Shown here: positions 11,766-19,359 of the stretch, piece by piece
How the letters are laid out: the number at the start of each line of letters is the position of its first letter
Numbering within the stretch: position 1 is the stretch's first letter
NCBI GenBank assembly: GCA_947259405.1
Contig: CAMYLY010000003.1
Location: forward strand, 123,833-187,832
Length of the DNA stretch: 64,000 nt
DNA from: an uncultured Gemmatimonadales bacterium
GTDB lineage: Bacteria; Gemmatimonadota; Gemmatimonadetes; Gemmatimonadales; GWC2-71-9
Direction: 5' to 3'
The notes under the pieces: generated by a model
Told to the model about the DNA's origin: nothing
Seen by the model: only the letters and a program-made list of their open reading frames with translations
The model's database searches: none
Translations under genes and position numbers: made by a program

Positions 11766-12896
11766 CTAGCGTCCCACCCTCGCTTCCCGGAGGGCGATCA
11801 CGGTTTCGCGCGCCACTCGGCCGAGATTGGTCCGGCCGCGACCGTAGTTGCGCATCAAGACGACCCCGATTTGCGCGTCGGGGTCAAACTGCATAGACGC
11901 ATTGTACCCGGCGACTGAACCCCCGTGTCCTGCGATGCGGTTCCCGGCTTCATCGATCACGATGTTGAAGCCCAGGCCGTAGCCGTTCTGCTCACTTTCC
12001 GGCGTCTGGATCCGCAACATCTCGTCCAAATTGGCCTCGGTGAGGTAGTCTCGAACGCCCACGATGGCCCCGATGAACTTGGCCAAGTCGTAGACGTTGG
12101 CATACACCGCGCCGTTCGGCACCTTGTATCCTCTACCACCGTGTTCGCGGGCAGGAGTCTCGCCGTCGATCGTCCCGTCACGACTCACGGAGTACCCAGC
12201 CGCCAAGTGGCGCTCCAGGTTGGGAGCGGGCCGGAAGCCTGCGGTGGTCATGCCAAGAGGCCTGAAGAACCGCTCGGTGACCAGTACCATGAATGGCTGC
12301 CCAGCTGCTCGGGAGACCGCCAGGCCCATGATCCCGTACCCGATGTTCGAGTACGAGTACTGCGTGCCAGGATCGGTGGTCACGGGCGTCAGAGGGATCG
12401 AGGCCAGGATCTTCTCCTCCCACCGATCCATCGGTCCATCGGCTGCACCTCGCATGGTGGGCTCCCGGACGAGTCCGCCGGTGTGGGTGGCGAGATCGCG
12501 GAACGTGAGCGGGTCCTCGGTTGGGTATCCGGGGAGTTCGGTAATGGCGGGGAGATACCGGGCCACCTGGTCGTCGACGTCCAGTAGACCGTCTTGGACA
12601 AGCACCATCATCATTGTCGCCGTCACGGACTTTGATATCGAACCGACGCGGTAGACCGTGCTATCATCGGCTGGCTCTTGCGTCTCGCGGTTCGCCCACC
12701 CAAACCCCTTGGCCCACACCACGCTGTCGCCGAAGACAACACCTGCGCTGATGCCGCCCACTGCGTCTTCTGACACGTGAGTTTCGAGTAGCGCTTCCAG
12801 TTGTGTGGTGACCGCCTGGAAGGACGTTTCCTGCGCCAGGAGCGCGGAGCCCTGAACCAGAGCTAGGGTAAGAGTAGCGTGGACGAGGTTTCGCAT
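11766..12896 (-). CDS. Secreted serine hydrolase, beta-lactamase/PBP4-like (class C fold)
   Basis: 376 aa. It has a signal peptide (MRNLVHATLTLALVQGSALLAQE), an SxxK motif (GSISKSVTA) and a YxN motif (YSYSNIGYG). Confidence 0.8.
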   Translation of the reverse strand: MRNLVHATLTLALVQGSALLAQETSFQAVTTQLEALLETHVSEDAVGGISAGVVFGDSVVWAKGFGWANRETQEPADDSTVYRVGSISKSVTATMMMVLVQDGLLDVDDQVARYLPAITELPGYPTEDPLTFRDLATHTGGLVREPTMRGAADGPMDRWEEKILASIPLTPVTTDPGTQYSYSNIGYGIMGLAVSRAAGQPFMVLVTERFFRPLGMTTAGFRPAPNLERHLAAGYSVSRDGTIDGETPAREHGGRGYKVPNGAVYANVYDLAKFIGAIVGVRDYLTEANLDEMLRIQTPESEQNGYGLGFNIVIDEAGNRIAGHGGSVAGYNASMQFDPDAQIGVVLMRNYGRGRTNLGRVARETVIALREARVGR

Positions 12897-12996
12897 TAGT
12901 GCAGGCCCAGTTCGGTAGTGCGTTCATCCTAACATCCGGGGTGTTATGCCGTCTAACCAGGTGACCAACGGGATACACTCGAAGTCGGAGCACATC

Positions 12997-13686
12997 ATGA
13001 AGAACTTGATTATTGGTCTCACCGCGATCTTTCTGGTGGCCCCAGCGGTCACTACAGCGCAGGTGAGCGACACGGCGTCGCGGCGGCAGCAGATGCTGGA
13101 GCGCCGCGGCCAAATGAGGGCCGACCGAATGGGGCAGAGAGCTGGGCGGATGGCGCAACGCGGGCTGCGGGTGGACCACCGTCGCGGACCGCGGGGAGTT
13201 CGCAGCTGCCCGGGCGGAGCCGGCAGCTGTGGATTTCTGCCGTCAGCGCTGTTGACCCAGCGCGAGTCGCTAGGACTCGACGCCGCCCAGGTCGAGCAGC
13301 TCGAAGCGCTGCGGGATCAGACGCGCACCGCGCAGGAACAAGCCGTGACCGAGATCCAAGCTCGACGTCAGGCGCTCAATGAGGCGTGGGAGGCGGACGC
13401 TGGTGACCCAGATCTGATTCGCCAGCGCACCCAAGAGCTCCTGGAAGCGGAGCAGCGCGTGGCGCTTGCGAATGCCGACGCGACCGCTCGAGCCCGGGCC
13501 CTCTTGAGTGACGAGCAACGCGGGCGCGTGCAGGGTCGAGCCGACGCCCGCCGTGGTCGGTTGGCGCCGCGTGGTCGGTTGGCGCCGCGTGGTCGGTTCG
13601 ATCGGGGGCGGACCATGCGGGCCCCACGTGGTGGGTCGCGTGGGATGCGTGCCGCGCCGCGGCGAGGGCCGCGTCGCCCGCTCTGA
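12997..13686 (+). CDS. Periplasmic Spy/CpxP-like (LTxxQ-type) protein with Arg-rich tail
   Basis: Trimmed to the ATG at 12997, with GGAG 6 nt upstream. The signal peptide is MKNLIIGLTAIFLVAPAVTTAQ. The body is helical and Gln/Arg/Glu-rich with LLTQRESLGLDAAQVEQL and LLSDEQRGRV motifs. The tail is RGRLAPRGRLAPRGRF. Confidence 0.55.
   Translation: MKNLIIGLTAIFLVAPAVTTAQVSDTASRRQQMLERRGQMRADRMGQRAGRMAQRGLRVDHRRGPRGVRSCPGGAGSCGFLPSALLTQRESLGLDAAQVEQLEALRDQTRTAQEQAVTEIQARRQALNEAWEADAGDPDLIRQRTQELLEAEQRVALANADATARARALLSDEQRGRVQGRADARRGRLAPRGRLAPRGRFDRGRTMRAPRGGSRGMRAAPRRGPRRPL
13552..13598 (+). repeat. Perfect 18-nt tandem repeat (2.6 copies) inside the Spy-like CDS
   Basis: The unit cgtggtcggttggcgccg occurs at 13552-13569 and 13570-13587, with a partial copy at 13588-13598. 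It is in frame and encodes RGRLAP repeats. Confidence 0.85.
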
Positions 13687-13738
13687 ACCGACAGCCGCCC
13701 GGCGCCGAGACGGCCGAGGGTGAAGCCCTTGGCCGTTT

Positions 13739-14317
13739 CTATTTCCACCAATCGTGCACGTGTTCTTCGTCTTCCACCCCCAGAGCGTCTGCCACCCTGC
13801 TGATGTAGTTGAAGTACCCGACCACCTGGACCGCGTCATGGATGGCGGCGTCGTCGAACCCGTGCCCCCGCAGCTCGTCCAAGTCACCCCGCGTCATTTC
13901 ATGCTGCGAGTGCGTGAGCTTTGCTGCCAGCCCGCAGAGCGCGCGATTCGCGGCGGTAAGGTCGGCAGTGTTCCAATCGTTGGCGACCGCGTGAACGAAC
14001 GCGTCTGCCGCGTCTTCGGTGTCGAACTGATCGGCGATCTCGGCACGGAGGTCGTGGGCGTGGGCCAGCGTTCAGTAGCGGCACCCTAACTCGGCGGACG
14101 TCACCGTCGCTAGCAGCTCACGCTGCATGCGAGTCAGAGGCGATCGGCCGAACATCAACGCACCATAGAAATCGATGCTCGTCTTCATCACGCGCGGGTT
14201 GAGGCTCATGATGTGCACGATGTGCCACACGCGACCGGCGCGCTCGATCGCCGCGTCGAACTGCTGTCTCAGGAAGCCGGTGGCTTGATCGACGGATATC
14301 TGGTTGATCCAGGGCAT
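13739..14317 (-). CDS. AhpD/carboxymuconolactone-decarboxylase-family peroxidase-related protein with in-frame TGA (probable selenocysteine, CxxU)
   Basis: ATG at 14315-14317 (MPWINQISVDQATGFLRQQFD...). The ORF-track ORF stops at the TGA at 14072-14074, after ...SAELGCRY. The same frame stays open for 111 more codons to the TAG at 13739-13741. These encode TLAHAHDLRAEIADQFD...LCGLAAKLTHSQHEMTRGDLDELRGHGFDDAAIHDAVQVVGYFNYISRVADALGVEDEEHVHDWWK, which is the conserved C-terminal half of the family. The TGA occupies the second Cys position of C-x-x-C-x-x-x-H. Confidence 0.6.
14035..14054 (-). promoter_or_regulatory. Weak candidate bacterial SECIS hairpin downstream of the in-frame UGA
   Basis: The mRNA reads 5'-CGACCUC CGUGCC GAGAUCG-3'. 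That gives a 7-pair stem with one C/A mismatch and a 6-nt loop containing GU. The stem begins 18 nt after the UGA. Found by eye and not folded. Confidence 0.25.
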
Positions 14318-14476
14318 GGGCAGATCACGGTAGGGTCCGAGAGACGGTATCCGCTGGCTCGGACGGCAACAAGCCCCGGAACCAGACTTTCGCGGGCCGA
14401 ACCGATCCCGATGTGCAAACCGGAGCCGTTCATTCGTCACTCTTGGTGAAGGCACACGAAAACCAAGGAGCGAACA

Positions 14477-15952
14477 ATGCTTCCGACTTATCGCAACGCG
14501 TTACTGGGTACGATCTTAGGGGTCCTCGGACTCCTGGCGACCACGGCGGACGACCATGAGCCGCCGAAGCCCCCGTCAGACGATTCAATCGTGAAGATCG
14601 ATTCCGCCTATCAATCCACGGCGGCGGATCGTCAATCGGTGATGATCACGGTCTACAATCAGAACTTCGGTCTGGTCCGAGAGGTCCGCGACATCAGGTT
14701 CACTCGTGGGACGGCCGCGCTGGAGTTTCGTGATGTCGCGCAGAACGTGCAGCCCGAAACGGTGCACATCCGCCCCCTTCGAGGCGGCCTTCGCGTGCTC
14801 GAGCAGAACTACCAGTTCGACCTGCTGAACCCGCAGAAGCTCCTCGAGAAGTACGTGGGCCGGACCGTGACCGTGTATCGGTACAACTCCGATACCGGAC
14901 AGGACGAACCGTATCAGGCCGAGGTCTTGTCGGTGAACGGCGGGCCGATCCTCAAGATCGGCGATGAAATCACCTTCAATTTTCCGGGGCGCTTTACGTT
15001 CCCCGAAATTCCAGACAACCTGATTGCGAAGCCCACCCTCATGTGGACGCTCAGCAGCGATCGCCCGCGTCACGATCTCGAGGTCTCGTACCTCACGAAC
15101 AACCTCAACTGGAAATCGGATTACGTCTTCGTGATCAACGACGACGACACGCGCGGCGATCTCACCGGTTGGGTGACGCTCACGAACCAGTCCGGGGCCA
15201 CGTACGAAAACGCGCGTCTCAAGCTGGTAGCCGGCGACGTGCAGCGTGTGACGCCCGATCCGGCTGGCCGCATGCGTATGGAGGCACAGCGTGCGATGGC
15301 CGCCGATGCTGTGTCACAGTTTTCTGAAGAGAGCTTCTTCGAGTATCACCTGTACACGCTCGACCGGCCCACCACGCTGCTCCAGAACGAGCAAAAGCAA
15401 GTAACGCTGCTCGAAGGCAACGGGATTGGTGTCGACAAGAAGCTCATCTTCTACGGCGCGGCGTACTACTATCGTGGCTCATATGGTGAAGTCGTGTCGA
15501 ACCAGAAGGTCGGCGTCTTCCTCGACTTCCAGAACTCACAGAACAACCGGCTCGGTGTGCCACTTCCGAAGGGTATCGTGCGGGTGTACAAGGCGGACCC
15601 AACCGGCGCGCAGCAGTTCATCGGCGAAGATCGGATCGATCACACGCCCAAGGACGAGCGCGTGCGCATCAAGATGGGCGAGGCGTTCGACGTGGTGGGC
15701 GACCGGCGCCAAATGGAATACAAGGTCATCTCCGGGTGCGTGTCCGAGAGCGCGTGGGAAGTGACCCTGCGCAATCACAAGGACGACGACGCCGAAGTTG
15801 AAGTGATCGAACCGATCGGTGGCGACTGGGACATGATCGGCTCGAGCCACGAATGGCAGAAGCTGGATGCCCATACGTTCAAGTACGTGGTCGACGTGCC
15901 CGAGGATGGGGAGACGAAGATCAACTATCGGGTGCGAGTGAGATGGTGCTAG
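14477..15952 (+). CDS. DUF4139-family secreted protein
   Basis: 491 aa with an N-terminal signal/anchor (ALLGTILGVLGLLATTA). Its length and the motifs ITVYNQNFGLVREVR and LTGWVTLTNQSG resemble DUF4139 (MuiA-like) proteins. Function is unknown. Confidence 0.65.
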   Translation: MLPTYRNALLGTILGVLGLLATTADDHEPPKPPSDDSIVKIDSAYQSTAADRQSVMITVYNQNFGLVREVRDIRFTRGTAALEFRDVAQNVQPETVHIRPLRGGLRVLEQNYQFDLLNPQKLLEKYVGRTVTVYRYNSDTGQDEPYQAEVLSVNGGPILKIGDEITFNFPGRFTFPEIPDNLIAKPTLMWTLSSDRPRHDLEVSYLTNNLNWKSDYVFVINDDDTRGDLTGWVTLTNQSGATYENARLKLVAGDVQRVTPDPAGRMRMEAQRAMAADAVSQFSEESFFEYHLYTLDRPTTLLQNEQKQVTLLEGNGIGVDKKLIFYGAAYYYRGSYGEVVSNQKVGVFLDFQNSQNNRLGVPLPKGIVRVYKADPTGAQQFIGEDRIDHTPKDERVRIKMGEAFDVVGDRRQMEYKVISGCVSESAWEVTLRNHKDDDAEVEVIEPIGGDWDMIGSSHEWQKLDAHTFKYVVDVPEDGETKINYRVRVRWC

Positions 15953-15994
15953 CTGTTCGCTGTTCGCTGTCAGCAATCAGCAACCAGCAACCAA
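15953..15994. repeat. Degenerate heptamer tandem array (6 units) directly after the stop codon
   Basis: The units are ctgttcg ctgttcg ctgtcag caatcag caaccag caaccaa. They start 1 nt after the TAG at 15950-15952. Confidence 0.75.
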
Positions 15995-16006
15995 CATTCG
16001 GTTGAG

Positions 16007-16036
16007 GCGGGGGGTCGAGAGGCCCCCCGCTTGTCG
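16007..16036 (+). terminator. Hairpin terminator between convergent genes
   Basis: GCGGGGGG(tc)-GAGA-(gg)CCCCCCGC is an 8-10 bp stem with a GAGA loop, followed by TTGTCG. It lies between the DUF4139 gene (+) and the amidohydrolase gene (-). Confidence 0.5.
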
Positions 16037-16067
16037 AACCCCGGCTCCTTCCGCCCTTCGACCTCCG

Positions 16068-17756
16068 CTACGCCTCGTGCATCGTCTTGCCGCCCACCAC
16101 GGTTCGCACGACCGGAATGTCCTTGAGCGTGCTCGGGTCTACCGAGTGCGGGTCCTCGCCGAGCATGACGAAGTCTGCGAGCTTGCCGGCTGTGATCGAC
16201 CCCTTAGTATGCTCTTCGTGTGAGGCGTAGGCGCCATTCATGGTGCAAATGCGAAGCGCCTCATCCACGGTGACCCGCTGGTTAGGTCCCCACTCCCGAC
16301 CGCGGAAGTCCGTCCGTGTGACCATGCTCTGCAACGCCATCATGGGCTCGTAGGGACCGGGCATGTAGTCCGACGCCGGGGCGACCGGAATTCCATGATC
16401 CAAGAACGATCGGTGTGCGAACATGTTGCGCAGCTTCTCGTCACCGTATTCACCCCACTTGTCGCCATGATAGTAGACGTACGTGTAGAACGGCGTGGGA
16501 ATGGCCCTCGTCGCCGCAATGCGGCGGAGCAGGCTTGGGTTGACGAGCGTGCAATGTTCAATCCGGTGGCGGGTGTCTACGCGGGGCCATTCGCGTTGGG
16601 CGCGCTCGTAGGCGTTCAGCACCATACCGATCGTCACGTCGCCGTTGGCGTGGATCCCGATCTGCCACCCGGCCTGATGGGCGTCGTCCACGGCCTCGTG
16701 GATTTCCTCCTGATTCATCGTGAGAATGCCGTAGTCGTCGGGTCGTCCCACGTAGGGCGTGCTCATCCGCATCGTGCGTTCCGAGGCAGAGCCGTCGGCG
16801 CCGTACTTGACCGCACCGATCTGTAGCCACTCGTCACCGAACCCGGTGCGGATGCCGGTTCCCTTGAGCTCGCGATAGAGACCGCGGTTCGGGAAGAAGT
16901 ACATGCGGAACCGCATCTCCCCCGCGCTGTGTGCGTCCTGCAGCGCGATCAGCGCCGCGCGACTCCCCCCGGTGTGATGCACCGTGGTGAGGCCGGCTCG
17001 CGTCATAGCCTCTGAGATGAACTTGATCCCCGCCTGCCGAGTTTGACGCGTCACCTCCTCACGCTGCCCGACTCCGTTGAACACGCCACGTGCCCGCTCG
17101 GCGACCTTGCCCGTGAGCTGTCCGTCTTCGCGATAGAAATGTCCTCCAGTGGGGTCGGGTGTTTCCACCGTCACCCCGGCGCGTTCGAACGCGATGGAGT
17201 TATACACGCCCGTATGGCCGCCACGGTGACCGACACTCGCCGGATGATTCGGCACGGCCTCGTCCAAATCCACTCGGGTGACGGGGCGGTCGAGCTTGGT
17301 GTCGTCGTACATGTACCCGGTCACCCAGTACCCGGGTGGTGTCGTCCTGGCCTTTTCGGCGAGTGCCGCTTGCACCTGAGCCACGGTCTCCAGGTTCACG
17401 TTCACCCCAGTGAGCTCGTTCACCCCCGACGGGTGACAGTGAGCATCGATGAACCCCGGCACCACGGTCATTCCCTCGGCGTCGAGCACCCTCGTATTTC
17501 TGCGAGCGAGATTGCGAACGTCGGCATTGGATCCGACCGCGACAAACCGCCCGTGCTTGACCGCAAACGCTTGAGCGCGGGATTGCGCATCGTTGATGGT
17601 GTGTACGGTGGCGTTGACGACGATGAAATCCGGGTCGGGGTCCTGCGTCACCGGGGTACTCGCGCGTTGCCGATGCAGGTGGCGCGCGCCGTCCAGGTTC
17701 CACAGTGCAGCCGCGGCCACACCGGTTTCTACAAATTCGCGTCGCGTTGGAGACAT
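16068..17756 (-). CDS. Tat-exported amidohydrolase (YtcJ-like / Amidohydro_3 metal-dependent hydrolase)
   Basis: 562 aa. It has a twin-arginine signal (MSPTRREFVETGVAAAAL) and GFIDAHCH metal-binding His residues near the N-terminus. The C-terminus is APASDYMPGP...GSITAGKLADFV, which is typical of the family. Confidence 0.85.
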   Translation of the reverse strand: MSPTRREFVETGVAAAALWNLDGARHLHRQRASTPVTQDPDPDFIVVNATVHTINDAQSRAQAFAVKHGRFVAVGSNADVRNLARRNTRVLDAEGMTVVPGFIDAHCHPSGVNELTGVNVNLETVAQVQAALAEKARTTPPGYWVTGYMYDDTKLDRPVTRVDLDEAVPNHPASVGHRGGHTGVYNSIAFERAGVTVETPDPTGGHFYREDGQLTGKVAERARGVFNGVGQREEVTRQTRQAGIKFISEAMTRAGLTTVHHTGGSRAALIALQDAHSAGEMRFRMYFFPNRGLYRELKGTGIRTGFGDEWLQIGAVKYGADGSASERTMRMSTPYVGRPDDYGILTMNQEEIHEAVDDAHQAGWQIGIHANGDVTIGMVLNAYERAQREWPRVDTRHRIEHCTLVNPSLLRRIAATRAIPTPFYTYVYYHGDKWGEYGDEKLRNMFAHRSFLDHGIPVAPASDYMPGPYEPMMALQSMVTRTDFRGREWGPNQRVTVDEALRICTMNGAYASHEEHTKGSITAGKLADFVMLGEDPHSVDPSTLKDIPVVRTVVGGKTMHEA

Positions 17757-17778
17757 GAGAGTCCTCGCCTTCTGTCAG

Positions 17779-19248
17779 TCAGATTGCGTGTCGAATCTCT
17801 TCGAACTCGTCGAGAATATCTTGCCCTGGTGGTGCGGTCATGAGACTGACCGCCACGGTCGCGATAAACCCAGCAGCAAAACCCGGGATCATTTCATAGA
17901 GGTCGTAGAACCGTTCCTTGAAGAGAATGACCCAAAGAACGGCCGTCGTGAATCCGGTGACCATACCGGCGATGGCGCCACCTCGCGTGGTGCGTTTCCA
18001 GAACAACGAACAGAGAACCACCGGCGTAAAGGCGGATGCCAATCCGGACCAGGCGAAGAGCACGAACCAGAAGATCACGCGCACCTCGCCAATAGCGAAA
18101 GCGACTGCACCGATCCCGATCACCACGGTGGCGAGCTTTCCGATGAGCGCCACTGTACGTTCCGCAAGATCAGGTCGGAAGATCTTCTGCACCACGTCAC
18201 GCGCGATCGATGACGAGACTAGGATCAACAGTGAGTCGACGGTCGACATCGACGCGGCTAGCACAATCACCAGGAACACGCCGGTGAAGATTGCCGGCAT
18301 CAGCTCGGCGGTCATCGATGGCAGGATGGTTTCGGGATCGAGGAGACCGGGGAACAATACGCGGCCGGCCATCCCGGCAAAGACCGCTCCGATGTCGAAG
18401 ACGATCACGCACAGCACCGCGATGAATCCACCGTCAACGATCTCCTTGCGATCGCGTGCCGCGATCCACCTCGTCAGGAGTTGGGGGGCGCCCAAGAAGG
18501 CGAATCCGATCGCCACGAAGCCAACGGCACTGACGACGCCGGCGGTGGACATCCCGAATGATCCCATGGGCTTGAGCAGCGCGGGGTCGGCGGTACGAAG
18601 TCCATCCATCACGGTCGTCCAGCCCCCGGCAGCGGCGAAGCCGACAAACGGGAGCGCGGCCAACCCGAGCAGCATCAACACGCCCTGGAGTACGTCACTG
18701 TACGCCACGGCCTTGAATCCGCCGACTGCCGTGTAGTAGAGGATGATAACGGCGCCCAGGATGACACCCGCCTCATAAGTCGTGCCCACGAACGAGTTGA
18801 ACGCTTTGCCCGTGGCCGTGAGCTGTGCCGCCGTGTACGCGGTCACCATCGAAAACACGATAATGAGCCCGAGCCAGCGGAACACGTGCGAGCGATCTCG
18901 GAACCGCTGCTCCAGATAATCCGGTACGGTGATCGCGTTGTAGCGGTCTGCATACGCTTTGAAGGGTAGGGCGACCATGGTCCACCCTAACGCGACGCCC
19001 AACACCTCGCCGAGGATGACCCAAAAGGCGTGAACGCCCACGGCATAGCCCATGCCGGTGAGTCCCAGGAGCAGCCACGCGCTTTCACCGGTCGCGTTGG
19101 AGCTGAACGCGATGACCCATGACGGAAGCTGCTTGCCCGCGACGTAGTAGCCGGCCACGCTCTGTGATTCGCGGCGTGCCCACCACCCGATGGCGAAGAG
19201 CACCATGCCATAGGTGATGAGGACAGCGAGGATCGGGAGAGAGGGCAC
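17779..19248 (-). CDS. Sodium:solute symporter family (SSF) transporter
   Basis: 489 aa with a GTG start and ~13 TM helices. It has the SSF N-terminal motif YYVAGKQLPSWVIAFSSNATGESAWLLLGLTG. Confidence 0.85.
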   Translation of the reverse strand: MPSLPILAVLITYGMVLFAIGWWARRESQSVAGYYVAGKQLPSWVIAFSSNATGESAWLLLGLTGMGYAVGVHAFWVILGEVLGVALGWTMVALPFKAYADRYNAITVPDYLEQRFRDRSHVFRWLGLIIVFSMVTAYTAAQLTATGKAFNSFVGTTYEAGVILGAVIILYYTAVGGFKAVAYSDVLQGVLMLLGLAALPFVGFAAAGGWTTVMDGLRTADPALLKPMGSFGMSTAGVVSAVGFVAIGFAFLGAPQLLTRWIAARDRKEIVDGGFIAVLCVIVFDIGAVFAGMAGRVLFPGLLDPETILPSMTAELMPAIFTGVFLVIVLAASMSTVDSLLILVSSSIARDVVQKIFRPDLAERTVALIGKLATVVIGIGAVAFAIGEVRVIFWFVLFAWSGLASAFTPVVLCSLFWKRTTRGGAIAGMVTGFTTAVLWVILFKERFYDLYEMIPGFAAGFIATVAVSLMTAPPGQDILDEFEEIRHAI

Positions 19249-19251
19249 CGA

Positions 19252-19359
19252 TTATGGGCTTCGATCCGCTTGCGACCGCGTGCGCAGGAAGAACCGCACT
19301 TCGATAGCGAGGCCGAGCCCGACTGCGACGGCTAGGAGAAGCCAGGCGCTGAGCGGCAT
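19252..19359 (-). CDS. Small 35-aa single-TM ORF wedged between the aminotransferase and SSF genes
   Basis: My translation is MPLSAWLLLAVAVGLGLAIEVRFFLRTRSQADRSP. Its ATG shares one base with the TGA of the upstream gene (TGATG). Its TAA is 3 nt before the GTG of the SSF gene. It is too short for the ORF track. Confidence 0.4.
   Translation of the reverse strand: MPLSAWLLLAVAVGLGLAIEVRFFLRTRSQADRSP

Noticed and set aside
10931-11896. 321-aa plus-strand ORF
   Set aside because: It is antisense to the well-supported ypdA homologue, and its composition is typical of GC-rich shadow frames.
13754-14089. 111-aa plus-strand ORF (MHVFFVFHPQSV...) that naively fills the gap below the truncated AhpD-like ORF
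   Set aside because: It is the antisense shadow of the downstream half of the minus-strand CMD/AhpD gene. The minus frame gives a family-typical sequence (..VQVVGYFNYISRVADALGVE..), while the plus ORF has no recognisable features.
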